Positions 10,092-20,354 of a DNA stretch of 64,000 nt are shown here, piece by piece. Numbering within the stretch: position 1 is the stretch's first letter; each line of letters opens with the position of its first letter. The stretch comes from an uncultured Thermoleophilia bacterium (GTDB lineage Bacteria; Actinomycetota; Thermoleophilia; Gaiellales; Gaiellaceae). Position numbers and translations under genes: made by a program. The stretch spans positions 60,069-124,068 of the forward strand of contig CAWIQC010000002.1 in NCBI GenBank assembly GCA_963838105.1. The letters run 5' to 3'. The notes below the pieces were generated by a model. That model was not told the DNA's origin. It worked only from the letters and a program-made list of their open reading frames with translations, and ran no database searches.

Positions 10092-12150
10092 ATGGCTCGC
10101 AACCTCTACATCACGGGCATGGAGCCGCGTTGCGGGAAGTCTGTCGTCGCCCTCGGCGTGATGGAGCTGCTCTCGGCCCGGGTCGAGAGGCTCGGCTTCT
10201 TCCGGCCGATCGTGCCCTCGAGGACCGAGCGCGATCCCCAGCTCGAGCTCGTTCGCCGCCGCTACAAGCTCGACGCCTCCTACGAGGAGATGCATGCGCT
10301 CGCCGAGGACGAGGCGAGCGAGATCGAGTACGAGGAGCTGCGCAAGCGCGTCGTCGAGGCGTACAAGGCGCTCGAGCAGCGCTGCGACTTCGTCGTCTGC
10401 GAGGGCACCGACTTCGGCGGTGCGGCCGCGCTCGCCTTCGGCCGAAACGCGGACCTCGCCAACGAGCTGGGCGCTCCGGTGCTCGTCGTCGTCCGCGGCG
10501 GCACGCCGGAGGAGACCGTCGCGTCGGTGCGCGCCGCCCGCGGGTCGCTCGGCCACAAGGACTGCGCGATCTTCGGAGTCGTCGTGAATCGGGTCGACCC
10601 GGAGAACATGGCGGACGTGGCCGCCAGGCTCGCCGGGGCGGACGGAGAGGAGCCCGTCTACGTCCTTCCGGAGCGCCCGGAGCTGGCCTACCCCACCGTG
10701 GCCGAGATCGCGGCGCAGCTGGACGCGACGATCCTCTTCGACCCCCGCGAGGCTCTCCAGCGGGAGGTGCGCGACGTCAGGGTCGCGGCCATGAGCGTCG
10801 AGCACTTCATCGACAATCTCGTGGACGGGGCCCTCGTCATCGTGCCCGGCGACAGGCCGGACATCCTCGTCACGGCGTTCGCCTCCACGATCTCGGCCGC
10901 GATCCCGACGGTCTCGGGCGTCGTGCTCACCGGGGGATACCCGCCGAGCGAGACCGTCCGCCGGCTGCTCGCGAGCGCGCCGTTCCCCGTGCTCGAGGCC
11001 ACGCCAGCTCACCCACGAGGTGGCGGCCGCGGTGCAGTCGGTTCAGCCGGTCATCGGGCCCGAGGACGAACGCAAGGTCGCCACCGCGCTCGGCCTCTTC
11101 GAGGCCTCTGTCGACACGGGCGAGCTGGAGCGGCGAATCGCCCTCGACCGGCCCGCGCGGGTGACGCCGATCATGTTCGAGTACGAGCTGATGGAGCGCG
11201 CCAAGGCCCGCAGGACGCACATCGTCCTGCCGGAAGGCGAGGACGAGCGCGTTCTCCGCGCCGCGGAGATCCTGCTCAGGCGTGACGTCGTCGATCTGAC
11301 CATCCTCGGACGCGTCGAGGACGTCCGTGGGCGGGCTGCCGCGCTCGGCCTCGATCTCGACCGCGCCGCGCTCGTCGACCCGGCCGACTCACCGCTGCGC
11401 CAGGACTACGCGAACCGCTACTTCGAGCTGCGCAAGCACAAGGGGGTGACCGAGGAGCTGGCGTTCGACGTGGTCGCCGATCCGAGCTATTTCGGCACGC
11501 TGATGGTGCAGACGGATGCGGTCGACGGCATGGTGTCCGGCGCCGCGCACACGACCGGCGACACGGTGCGGCCTGCGTTCGAGATCATCAAGGCGCGCGA
11601 GGGCGTCTCCGTGGTCTCGAGCGTGTTCTTCATGTGCCTCGCCGACCGGGTGCTCGTGTACGGCGACTGCGCCGTCAACCCCAAGCCGGATACCGCGCAG
11701 CTCGCCGACATCGCCATCAGCTCGGCCGAGACCGCGGCCGCGTTCGGCATCGAGCCGCGGATCGCGATGCTCTCGTACTCCACCGGCGAATCGGGCCGCG
11801 GCGAGGACGTCGAGGCCGTCCGTGCGGCGACGGACGCGGTCCGCGAGCGCCGGCCCGACCTCAAGGTCGAGGGCCCGATCCAGTACGACGCCGCCGTGGA
11901 CGCGAGCGTCGCGAAGCTGAAGCTCCCGGGGAGCGAGGTCGCGGGTCACGCGACCGTCTTCATCTTCCCCGACCTCGACACCGGGAACGTGGCCTACAAG
12001 GCCGTGCAGCGCTCGGCGCACGCACTGGCCCTCGGGCCGGTCCTGCAGGGCCTGCGCAAGCCCGTGAACGACCTCAGCCGCGGCTGCACGGTCGCCGACA
12101 TCGTCAACACGGTCGCGATCACCGCCATCCAGGCTCAGAGCGGCGGCTGA
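10092..12150 (+). CDS. pta: Phosphate acetyltransferase, long form (AAA-like/DRTGG N-terminus plus PTA domain), one frame break near 11001-11008
   Basis: MARNLYITGMEPRCGKS...VIVPGDRPDI / ...THIVLPEGEDERVLRAAE...MVSGAAHTTGDTVRPA...YGDCAVNPKP...SYSTGESG...FIFPDLDTGNVAYK. Confidence 0.9.
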
Positions 12151-12209
12151 GGCTCGCCGGATCTGTCCCTCGAGGCCGCGTTCCTGTATCGGTGACGCCG
12201 CCGTCTTTC

Positions 12210-12233
12210 GGGCCGGACAGGTCCGGCCCCTAC
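12210..12233. repeat. REP-B GC hairpin (gggccggac-ag-gtccggccc-ctac) downstream of pta
   Basis: Perfect 9-bp stem. Core ccggcccctac recurs at 20238-20340, and inverted at 20913-20943. Confidence 0.6.
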
Positions 12234-12287
12234 ATCGTTCCTCCGCCCGGTGCCGGCCTTGGGAGGCCGAACTAGACTTCACCGCCC

Positions 12288-13702
12288 GTGGTCGACCTCG
12301 ACCTCAGCTACACGCCCGCGACGGAGCTTGCGCGGCTCATCCGGGCAGGCGAGCTCTCTGCGGTCGAGGCGGTGCGGAACAGCCTCGAGCGCATCGAGCA
12401 GGTCAACCCGACGCTCAACTGCTTCTGCTTCGTCTATCCGGACGAGGCGCTCGAGCGGGCGGGCGAGGCGGATCGGGCGGCCGCCGCCGGCGGCGAGCTG
12501 GGGCCGCTGCACGGCGTTCCGATCGCGATCAAGGATCTGACGCCGACGGCGGGCAAGACGACGACGATGGGCTCGTACGCCTTCGAGCACTTCGTCCCCG
12601 ACCGAAACGCGCTCATCGTCGACAGGCTGCTCGGGGCCGGAGCGATCATGGTCGGCAAGACGACCACGCCGGAGTTCGCCTACTCGAGCTTCACGGAGAG
12701 CCCGCTGTGGGGGATCACGCGGAACCCGTGGAATCCGGAGCGGACGCCGGGTGGCTCCTCAGGGGGCGCCGGCGCTGCCGTGGCCTCGGGCTGTGTGCCG
12801 CTCGCCGAGGGAAGCGACATGGGCGGATCGATCCGCATCCCGGCGGCGTGGTCGGGCACCGTCGGGCTGAAGCCGAGCTTCGGCCGTATCCCGCTCGACT
12901 TCCTGCCGACCCAGTTCGACACGATCCAGCACGTGGGGCCGCTCGCGCGCACGGTCGCCGACGCGAGGCTCTTCGTCGCGTGCGCCCAGGGGCCTGACGA
13001 GCGCGACATCATGTCGCTCGCGCCCGCGCTCGACCTGTCCGGGCCGCTCGACGATTCGGCCGAGGGTCTTCGCCTTGCGCTCGACGTCGATCTCGGCCAC
13101 TACGCGATCGATCCCGAGGTCGAGGCGGCGACCCGCGAGGCCGCGGCTGCCCTCGCCGAAGCGGGCGCGGAGGTCGAGGAGGTCGACCTGCGCTGGACGC
13201 GAGAGCTCGCCGATGCCTGGGTCGAGCACTGGGGCGTCTACCTCGCGGCGATCTTCGGGCACACGCTGCCGGAGTTCCGCGACAGGATGGATCCGCGAGT
13301 CGTCAGGCTGATGGACGCAGGGCTCGCCATGAGCGCGGTCGACTTCAAGCGGCTCGAGTTCGTGCGCACGCGGGCCTGGCAGGAGCTCGCCCCGATCCTC
13401 GAGCGTCACGACGCCTTCCTGTGCCCGACCATGTCGCGTCCCGGCGCCGCCGGTGGACAAGGACGACTTCGAGTTCTACAAGGACCGGGGCGACGGCCTC
13501 TACCACGCGCTCGACATCACGAGTCAGTTCAACTACGTGAGCCAGTGCCCGGTGCTCTCGGTCCCGTCGGGCTGGAGCGCCGACGGACTGCCGATCGGGC
13601 TGCAGATCGTCGCCCGCCGCTACCAGGACGACCTGGCGCTGCGAATCGGGGCCGCGCTGGAGCGGGTCTCGTCCCTGGGCGCACCGCCGCCCGCCCGTCT
13701 GA
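12288..13702 (+). CDS. Amidase-signature family amidase, 2 frame breaks
   Basis: GPLHGVPIAIKD...GGSSGGAGAAVASG...GSDMGGSIRIPAA. Tail continues in other frames: DKDDFEFY...LPIGLQIVARRYQDD...RPWAHRRPPV-stop. Confidence 0.8.
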
Positions 13703-13787
13703 CGCGGGCGGCGCCGGTCAGAGACAGGTCCATCGGGGGCCTTCCGCAGCCGCTTGAGACGATCAAACTGCAATTTTGCAAAACCCC

Positions 13788-13816
13788 TTGAAGTTCATTG
13801 CATGAGGTGCTACTCT
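13788..13816 (+). promoter_or_regulatory. Candidate sigma-70-type promoter upstream of the sigma factor gene
   Basis: TTGAAG, 17 nt, TACTCT in an unusually AT-rich stretch. Inverted repeat tgcaa-tt-ttgca lies just upstream. Confidence 0.35.
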
Positions 13817-13865
13817 CCGTGACCTCAAGTAGAGGTTCACGTTCGCGGGCAAATCGGGAGGGATT

Positions 13866-14527
13866 GTGCCGCCACGGCTCCTCACAGCGGCTCAGCAGCA
13901 GGCTAAGGCTCAACGTGAAGTCGAGGATCTACACCTCGTGCTGCGTGCCCGCAACGGCGACGACGTCTCGCTCGACGCGCTCATTCGCCGCTACACGGGC
14001 TTCGTGCGGCTGAAGGCGAGCTCGTACTTCATCGCCGGCGGAGAGTCCGAGGATCTGATCCAGGAGGGGCTGATCGGGCTCTACAAGGCCGTGCGCGACT
14101 TCCGCTCCGACAAGGAGACGTCGTTTCGCAGCTTCGCCGAGCTCTGCATCACGCGCCAGATCATCACGGCCATCAAGACGGCGACGCGCTACAAGCACTC
14201 GCCGCTCAACACGTACGTCTCCTTCAGCCAGACGCCGGCAGGCCAGGAGGACTCGGACGTGACGCTCGGCGACGCGCTGGCCGGGCCCGGCGTCGACGAT
14301 CCGGTGATCTGCGTGATCTCGACCGAGGAGCTGCAGAGCCTCGTCTTCGCGCTCGGCACGGGTCTCTCCCAGCTGGAGGCCGACGCGCTGCGCCTCTACC
14401 TCGAGGGGCTCTCCTACGAGCAGATGGCGGAAGAGCTCGACTGCGACACGAAGACGATCGACAACGCGCTGCAGCGTGTGAAGCGCAAGGTGCTCGCGCA
14501 CCAGGCCTCCCGCGCCGTCCGGCCTGA
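13866..14527 (+). CDS. sigH: Spo0H (SigH)-type RNA polymerase sigma factor; 3' end uncertain
   Basis: RBS GGGAGGG plus GTG. EDLIQEGLIGLYKAVRDF..SFRSFAELCITRQIITAIKTATRYKHSPLN...TIDNALQRVKRK closely matches B. subtilis SigH as I recall it. The supplied ORF reads on through the tRNA, which is an artefact. Confidence 0.8.
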
Positions 14528-14579
14528 GTTGGGCGCACCGAGAGCCGAGCTCGGGTCGGCCCGTATCATTTCCGGCGTC

Positions 14580-14652
14580 GCCGGAGTAGCTCAGCTGGCA
14601 GAGCACTCGCCTTGTAAGCGAGATGTCGCGGGTTCGAGTCCCGCCTCCGGCT
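14580..14652 (+). tRNA. tRNA-Thr (anticodon UGU)
   Basis: GCCGGAG acceptor, GCTC/GAGC D stem, anticodon loop CTTGTAA, GGTTCGAGTCC T arm. Folds as a cloverleaf by eye. No encoded CCA. Confidence 0.95.
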
Positions 14653-14688
14653 TGCGATCGCGCCGAAGCCGATCGCCGACCCGCGGCG

Positions 14689-15048
14689 TCAGGCGAAGAA
14701 CGTGTCCTCGTGGCGGTACGGCGGCGCGCAGCAGCAGAGGAAACGCAGCTCCCCGCTTTCATCGGCGCGGATCTGATGCCGGGCGCCCGGCGGGATCAGG
14801 ATCGCGTCACCGGCCCCGACGCGACGCCGCTCGCCGTCGAGCTCCATCTCGCCCGAGCCCTCGACGAGGTAGTAGATCTCCTCGCTCTCGCGGTGGTAGT
14901 GGCGCTCCGTCGCGCCTCCCGCCGGCAGCGTGGCCTCCGCGAGGCTCTGGTTGCGCGCCGACGAGGTGGGCAACCCGAGCAGCTCCCGGATCGTCGAGCC
15001 GTCCTTCGTCGTGAACGGCTCGGCCTGCGCGAGCGAGCGGATCTCCAC
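14689..15048 (-). CDS. Cupin-2 domain protein
   Basis: Intact 119-aa ORF with HYHRESEEIYYLVEGSGEM...PPGARHQI two-motif cupin signature. Confidence 0.8.
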   Translation of the reverse strand: MEIRSLAQAEPFTTKDGSTIRELLGLPTSSARNQSLAEATLPAGGATERHYHRESEEIYYLVEGSGEMELDGERRRVGAGDAILIPPGARHQIRADESGELRFLCCCAPPYRHEDTFFA

Positions 15049-15111
15049 GCCCGCACCGTAGCCGAGGGAGCCGCTCTTCCTGCGCCCACGAGGCGCCTCG
15101 AGCGCGGCCCG

Positions 15112-15616
15112 TCAGTCGCCGCGTTGCGTATCCGGCCGCGGCTCGAGCCTGGTCGCCGTGCTGCGCTTCCGCCACAGGTGCGCGACGAGCAGGGTGAGCA
15201 GGCCAAGCGTGACGGCCAGGTCGGCGACGTTGAAGGCGCCACCCTGTCCCCGGTCCACGAAGTCGGTGACGTAGCCGAGCCGCAAGCCGGTCGACGAGGT
15301 TGCCGAGGCCGCCTCCGAGCAGAAGCCCGAAGCCGATGACCGACAGCGGCCCCGGATTACGCCGGCGGAGGACGTAGACGACGAGCGCGGCCAGGGCCAG
15401 CGCGCTCGCGACCGCGATCGGGACGGCGCTGCCCTGCAGGTGCCCTCCGAGGATGCCGCTGTTGCGAACGTGGTGGATGGAGAACGGGCCGACGGCGGGC
15501 ACGGCCTCCCCCAGGTCGAGCGTGGCGCGCACGACCGCCTTCGTCGCCTGGTCGGCGGCGAGCGCCACGGCGGCCACGACTGCGAAGGTGGTCCAGTGCG
15601 TGCGGCGAGCCGGCAT
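15112..15616 (-). CDS. lspA: Lipoprotein signal peptidase (signal peptidase II), one frame break near 15300
   Basis: ...HHVRNSGILGG...LLLGGGLGNLVDRL / RLGYVTDFVDRGQGGAFNVADLAVTLG. Confidence 0.85.
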
Positions 15617-15697
15617 CGGTCTGACACTAGCGCCGGCGGGCTTGGGCGCGGAAGAACCATGTTCACCCGTCGCCGGCGAGGTCGCCCAGCAGTCGGC

Positions 15698-16371
15698 TCA
15701 GGGAACCGCCTCCACGGGCGGAATCGTCTCCAGTGAGAAGCACCCGACGAAGCGTTCGAGCGATTCCTGGTCGCCCGCGATCCGAACCGAGCCGCTCTCG
15801 ACCGCGGCTGCCGGGCTCTGCCGGCCGCTGAGCAGCGCGTGCAGGCCGGCCGCGTCCGTCTCGAGCTCGAGGTCGGGATCGGCCAGCTCTCCCGCCCCGA
15901 TCTCGAGCTCGCCGATGCCGACCGAGAGGTTGACGACGACGTCGTCGACCCGGAGCACGTAGCGCACGGGCGGTCCGGCTGCGCCATCCGGTTTGAACAT
16001 CGCGCCCAATGCGAGGCGCAGCGAGTCGCCGTTCAGCGTGTCTCCGGGGCGGGGCTCGCCATCATCTTGGCGCCCCAGAGGCCCAAGCGCAACACGATGT
16101 CCTCGAGCTCGCGCCCGTAGTCGGTGAGCTCGTAGACGACCGGGCCACCCGGTAACGGTGAGAGCGAGCGCCGGACAACCCCGCCGCGCTCGAGCTCCTT
16201 GAGCCGAGCGAGAGGACGTTCGTGGGGATCCGAGGCAGCCCGCGCCGCAGGTCGGGTGAAGCGCTTCGGTCCGAGGATCAGATCCCGGACGACGAGCAGC
16301 GCCCAGCGCTCGCCGACGAGCTCGAGCGCATGCGCCAGCCCGCAGATCTGGCCGTAGTCGCGGCCTCGCAT
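15698..16371 (-). CDS. HxlR-type winged-helix regulator fused to an SCP2-like C-terminal domain, frame breaks
   Basis: CGLAHALELVGERWALLVVRDLILGPKRF...LKELERGGVVRR...YELTDYG, then GDTLNGDSLRLALGAMFKP...AGLHALLSGRQSPAAAVESGSVRIAGD. Confidence 0.7.
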
Positions 16372-16407
16372 TAGACCATTCTAGCGTGACAACTTGCAGA
16401 GACAGAC

Positions 16408-16428
16408 TGTAGTTGTATATAACAACTA
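16408..16428. promoter_or_regulatory. Perfect palindrome GTAGTTGT-ATATA-ACAACTAC in the divergent HxlR/MFS intergenic region
   Basis: 8-bp arms. Extra ACAACT copies at about 16388 and 16441. AT-rich relative to surroundings. Confidence 0.5.
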
Positions 16429-16458
16429 CGCTTCGTTAAGACAACTAGGAGGCGCAGC

Positions 16459-17640
16459 ATGAGCACGGCATCCGACGACCTGCAGCTGACTTCCGGCGCT
16501 ACCCCGCCGCTCGCCCCGATCCCCGGCGGTGGTGGGCCCTGGCGCTTTTGTGCGGTGCGTTCTTCATGGTGATCCTCGACGCGGCGATCGTGAACGTGGC
16601 GTTGCCGTCGATCCAGCAGGAGCTCGACTTCTCGCGCCAGGGCTTGCAGTGGGTGGTCAGCGCCTACGCTCTGACGTTCGCCGGCCTGCTTCTGCTGGGC
16701 GGCCGAGCGGCCGACCTCCTCGGGCGCCGGCGCATGCTCATGGTCGGTCTGGTTCTGTTCACGCTGGCCTCGCTGCTGTGCGGGTTGGCGTGGTCTGCCG
16801 AGGCGCTGATCGGGGCGCGCGCGCTGCAGGGTGTCGGTGCGGCGATCATGACGCCGACGGCGCTGTCCATCATCACGACGACGTTTCAGGAGGGCTCGGA
16901 GCGCAACAAGGCGCTCGGGATCTGGGGCTCAGCTGGGTGGCATCGGCGCCACAGCGGCGTGGCTGATCGGCGGCCCGCTCGTCGACGGCCCCGGCTGGGG
17001 ATGGATCTTCTTCATCAATGTCCCCCTAGGGATCGGCGCCTTGCTGCTCGTCCCGATGCTCATCCGCGAGAGCCGAGACTCCACAGCTCGGCGGAGTTTC
17101 GACCCTGCTGGCGCTCTGACCGTCAGCGGCGATCGGCTGATCATGGGCCAGGCGATCGTGCTGCGGGTTGGCTTCCGGCCGGTCGCCTCCATCGGGATGG
17201 CGCTGATGATCGGGGGCTGTGCCCTGCTCACCCAGGTCTCCGTGGACGGCACTACTTCGGCGATCTCTTCCCTGCTCTGGGTCGTCTTCGGGGCCGGGGT
17301 GGGCCTCGCCTTCGTGACGGCGACGATCGCGGCGCTCGCAGGAGTTCACGAGCGCGAAGCCGGGCTCGCGTCGGGCCTCAACAACACCGCGTTCCAGATC
17401 GGCGCTGCCCTCGGCACAGCCATCGTGTCGACCGTGCTCGTCTCGAGAAGCGAGGCCTTCATGGCGGCCAATCCTGACGCCGACCCGCTGCTCGGGCTCA
17501 CCGAGGGCTTCCAGTCAGGGTTCGCGGCGGCGATCGTCTTCCCCGCGCTCGGCCTGCTCGTCTCCCTGCTCCTGCTCGGCCGGCCGCCGCGTCCGGCCGA
17601 GCAGCCCTTCGAGGCGGTGCCGGCGCCGGCCAGGGACTGA
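16459..17640 (+). CDS. MFS drug:H+ antiporter (DHA2/EmrB-like), frame breaks and a probable internal deletion
   Basis: RBS AGGAGG plus ATG 16459. FFMVILDAAIVNVALPSIQQELDFS...GGRAADLLGRRRM...ALQGVGAAIMTPTALSII. Shorter than typical 14-TMS members. Confidence 0.75.
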
Positions 17641-17758
17641 GCTTCTCTCGCCAGATTCCTACTGGGTGGGCGGCACCTGCGCTGCGCGGCGCCGCCCACC
17701 CGGACGGGCCACCGCCGCTGCCGGCGGGGCCGCCGCTCTCCGAGCGACAATCCAGCGG

Positions 17759-18788
17759 ATGCGCATCTTGCTCGTCTCGCAGATGTACCCGGGCCCGGCC
17801 GACCCGGATCTCGGCATCTTCGTGGCCGGGCTCGAGCGCGAGCTGATCGCGCAGGGCCACGAGCTCGAGCGCGCTGTGATCGACCACCGCGGCGGGTCGC
17901 GGACGAAGTACGTGCGCCTGGGCGCCGACGCCGTCCGCGTGGCGTGGCGATTCCAGCCTGACGTCGTCTACGCGCATTTCCTCGCCCCGGCCGGGGCGCT
18001 CGCCGCGCTCGCGTCGCTCGCAGGGATGGCGCCGCTCGTGGTGACGGCGCACGGACGGGACGTCCGCAACATCGGGGCCATCCCGGGGGCATGGCAGGCG
18101 ACCCGCGCCGCATGCCGGCGCGCCGGCGCGGTGATCGCGGTCTCGGACTACCTGCGCCGGGAGCTTCTCGCCAAGCTGCCGGAGCTCGACGGCAAGATCG
18201 AAGTCGTCGACTGCGGCGTCGATCTCAAGCGCTTTCGCGGGCGCGATCCCGAGGAAGCGCGGACGTGCCGTCGGTTGGGACGGCGAGGGGCCTCGCTTCC
18301 TGTTCGTGGGCACCCTCGACGAGCGGAAGAACCCGCTGCGCCTCGCTGCCGCGCGCGAGCGCCTGGGCGACGGGCAGCTGGCGCTGATCGGTGACGGCCC
18401 CCTGCTCCCGCAGCTTGCGGGGCGGGAGGGGATTCGCCTCGTCGGCCGCGTTCCGCACCCACGCGTCGCCGACTGGATCGCGGCGTGCGACGTGCTCGTC
18501 CAGCCCAGCCTCGTCGAGCCGTTCGGGCAGGCGATTCTCGAGGCGATGGCGAGCGAGCGCAGCGTCGTCGCGACGCGGGTCGGCGGCCCGCCCGAGTTCG
18601 TCGTTCCCGAGGCGGGCGTCCTCGTCGACCCGCTGAGCGTGGACTCGATCGCGGACGGCCTGCGCCGAGCCGCCGAGCTGCCGTCCCCGAACGTGGCTGC
18701 GCGGCGCGCCGCGGAGAAGCACGACGTGCGCGCGCAGGCGCGCAAGGTGGCCGGCGTGCTCGAGCGGGCCGTCCGAAAGAGCCGATGA
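17759..18788 (+). CDS. GT4-family glycosyltransferase, one frame break near 18265-18300
   Basis: MRILLVSQMYPGPADPDLG...VVTAHGRDV / GTLDERKNP...VLVQPSLVEPFGQAILEAMASERSVVATRVGGPPEFV (E-x7-E motif). Confidence 0.8.
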
Positions 18789-19751
18789 CGGAGGGACACG
18801 AGCACGTCGGCCGGGGGCATGACCACGCCGGCCACGATCTGCCCGGGCACGGCCATTCGCACGGGCTGCGCGGCATCCGGAACGTTCGCATCCTCGCTGT
18901 CTCGCTCGGGCTGGTGCTCGCGACCATGGCCGCCGAGGTCGTGGCAGGGGCTATCGCCGGCTCGCTCGCGCTGCTCGCCGACGCCGGCCACATGCTCACC
19001 GACGCGGTTGCGCTCGGCCTCGCACTATTCGCGTCGTGGGCTGCTGCGAAACCGCCACGAGGCCGCTACACGTTCGGCTTCAAGCGCGCCGAGATCCTGG
19101 CGGCGCAGGCGAACGGCCTCGTCCTGGCGGGCCTCGCCGTCTGGATCCTCGTGGAGGGCGTCCGTCGGCTCATCGATCCTCCCGAGGTTCGCGCCGAGCT
19201 CATGGGCTGGGTCGCGCTCGCCGGAGTTCTCGTCAGCATCGCGATCTCCGTCCTGCTCGCCCGCGCGCAGGACGAGAGCCTGAACATCAGAGCCGCCTAC
19301 CTGCACGTCGTGCTCGACGTCGTCGCCTTCGCGGGCACGGGGATCGCCGCCGCGCTGATCGTCCTGACCGGGTGGGACCGGTTCGACCCCATCGCGTCGA
19401 TGCTCGTCGCCGTGCTGCTCGCCCGCGGAAGCTACGAGCTCCTGCGGGAGACGACGCAGATCTTCCTCGAGGGTGCGCCCGTCGTCCGCTCCGCCCGAGG
19501 CGGTGGGCCGCTCGATCGCCGCGCACCCCGGCGTCGTCGAGACGCACGACCTCCACGTCTGGACGGTGACGAGCGGCTTCCCGGCGCTCTCGGCCCACGT
19601 CCTCGTCGAGCCTCGCGGCGACTGTCACCGCATCCGTCTCGAGCTCGAGGCGATGCTGCGGGACCGCTACGGCCTCGAGCACACGACGCTCCAGGTGGAG
19701 CACGTAGGCGCCGCCAGCGGTCTCGAGATCCGCCCCAGCCGGCGCCCGTGA
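18785..19751 (+). CDS. Cation diffusion facilitator (Zn/Co/Cd efflux, CzcD/ZitB-like), one frame break near 19480
   Basis: His-rich N-terminus. LLADAGHMLTDAVAL, FGFKRAEILAA, LHVVLDVVAF, then HDLHVWTVTSGFPALSAHV. ATGA overlap with the GT4 gene. Confidence 0.85.
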
Positions 19752-19932
19752 CGCTTTCGTCACACTCGCGCGCGCGAATCGGCACGGTCCGTCACACACG
19801 TGTAGGGGGTCTGACCCCATGGGTCAGACCCCTCTAGGAGGTCGGTGGCGCTTTCGTCACACGCGCGCGCGTGAATCGGCACGGTCCGACACACACGTGT
19901 AGGGGGTCTGACCCCATGGGTCAGACCCCCCC
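19752..19932. repeat. REP-A repeat, two tandem units with a 97-bp period
   Basis: Unit: cgctttcgtcacac..gcgcgcgcg..gaatcggcacggtccg.cacacacgtgtag-ggggtctgaccc-cat-gggtcagacccc. Palindromes at 19806..19832 and 19903..19929. Confidence 0.85.
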
Positions 19933-19998
19933 GAGTTTCCTGCGTTCCGGGAGCCTAGGAGGCCGGTCGAAGCCGCTCCAGTAGCTATCCTTTGGGCC

Positions 19999-20218
19999 TT
20001 GCTCGCCGCCGTTGCAGTTCTGTGCGTCCTCCTCGCGATCGCGCTCATCGTGCTCGTGCTCATGCATTCGGGGCGCGACACCGGATTCGGCGGGATGGGG
20101 TTCACCCCGTTCTCCCACGGAGGCCAGCACATCGTCGAGCGCAACCTGACGCGGCTGACCGTCGTCGTGGCCGATCGCATTCGTTGTGACGACGATCGGG
20201 CTCTACTACCTGCTCTGA
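19999..20218 (+). CDS. secG: Preprotein translocase subunit SecG, one frame break near 20165-20172
   Basis: TTG start. LAAVAVLCVLLAIALIVLVLMHSGRDTGFGGMG...ERNLTRLTVVV / IAFVVTTIGLYYLL-stop. Typical two-TM SecG layout. Confidence 0.7.
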
Positions 20219-20237
20219 GCCTGCCCTTGGCGCCGGC

Positions 20238-20340
20238 GGGCCGGATGAGATCCGGCCCCTACGGATCGCGAGAGGCGGGGCCGTTTGAGATGCGGCCCCT
20301 ACGGATGGCGAGAGGCAGGGGCCGGATGGGATCAGGCCCC
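20238..20340. repeat. REP-B hairpins, about 2.6 tandem units of roughly 40 bp
   Basis: gggccggat-gag-atccggcccctacggatcgcgagaggc / ggggccgtttgagatgcggcccctacggatggcgagaggc / aggggccggatgggatcaggcccc. Lies between convergent genes. Confidence 0.7.
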
Positions 20341-20354
20341 GACAGCCCCGAGCA

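Noticed and set aside
4466-12150. Programmed ribosomal frameshifting as an explanation for the breaks in cysS, pta and others
   Set aside because: I saw no slippery heptamers or conserved stimulatory structures at the break points. Breaks occur in dozens of unrelated genes and often in compensating pairs. Indel error is the simpler explanation.
13866-15014. 382-aa version of the sigma factor ORF
   Set aside because: Beyond about 14527 it translates through tRNA-Thr and the antisense of the cupin gene. Similarity to SigH ends at ...RVKRKV. The real stop was probably lost to a frame error.
19752-19932. Tandem repeats as a possible CRISPR array
   Set aside because: Only two 97-bp units with no unique spacers between short repeats and no cas genes nearby. 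A related copy occurs singly at 1040..1112. This is REP-like, not CRISPR.
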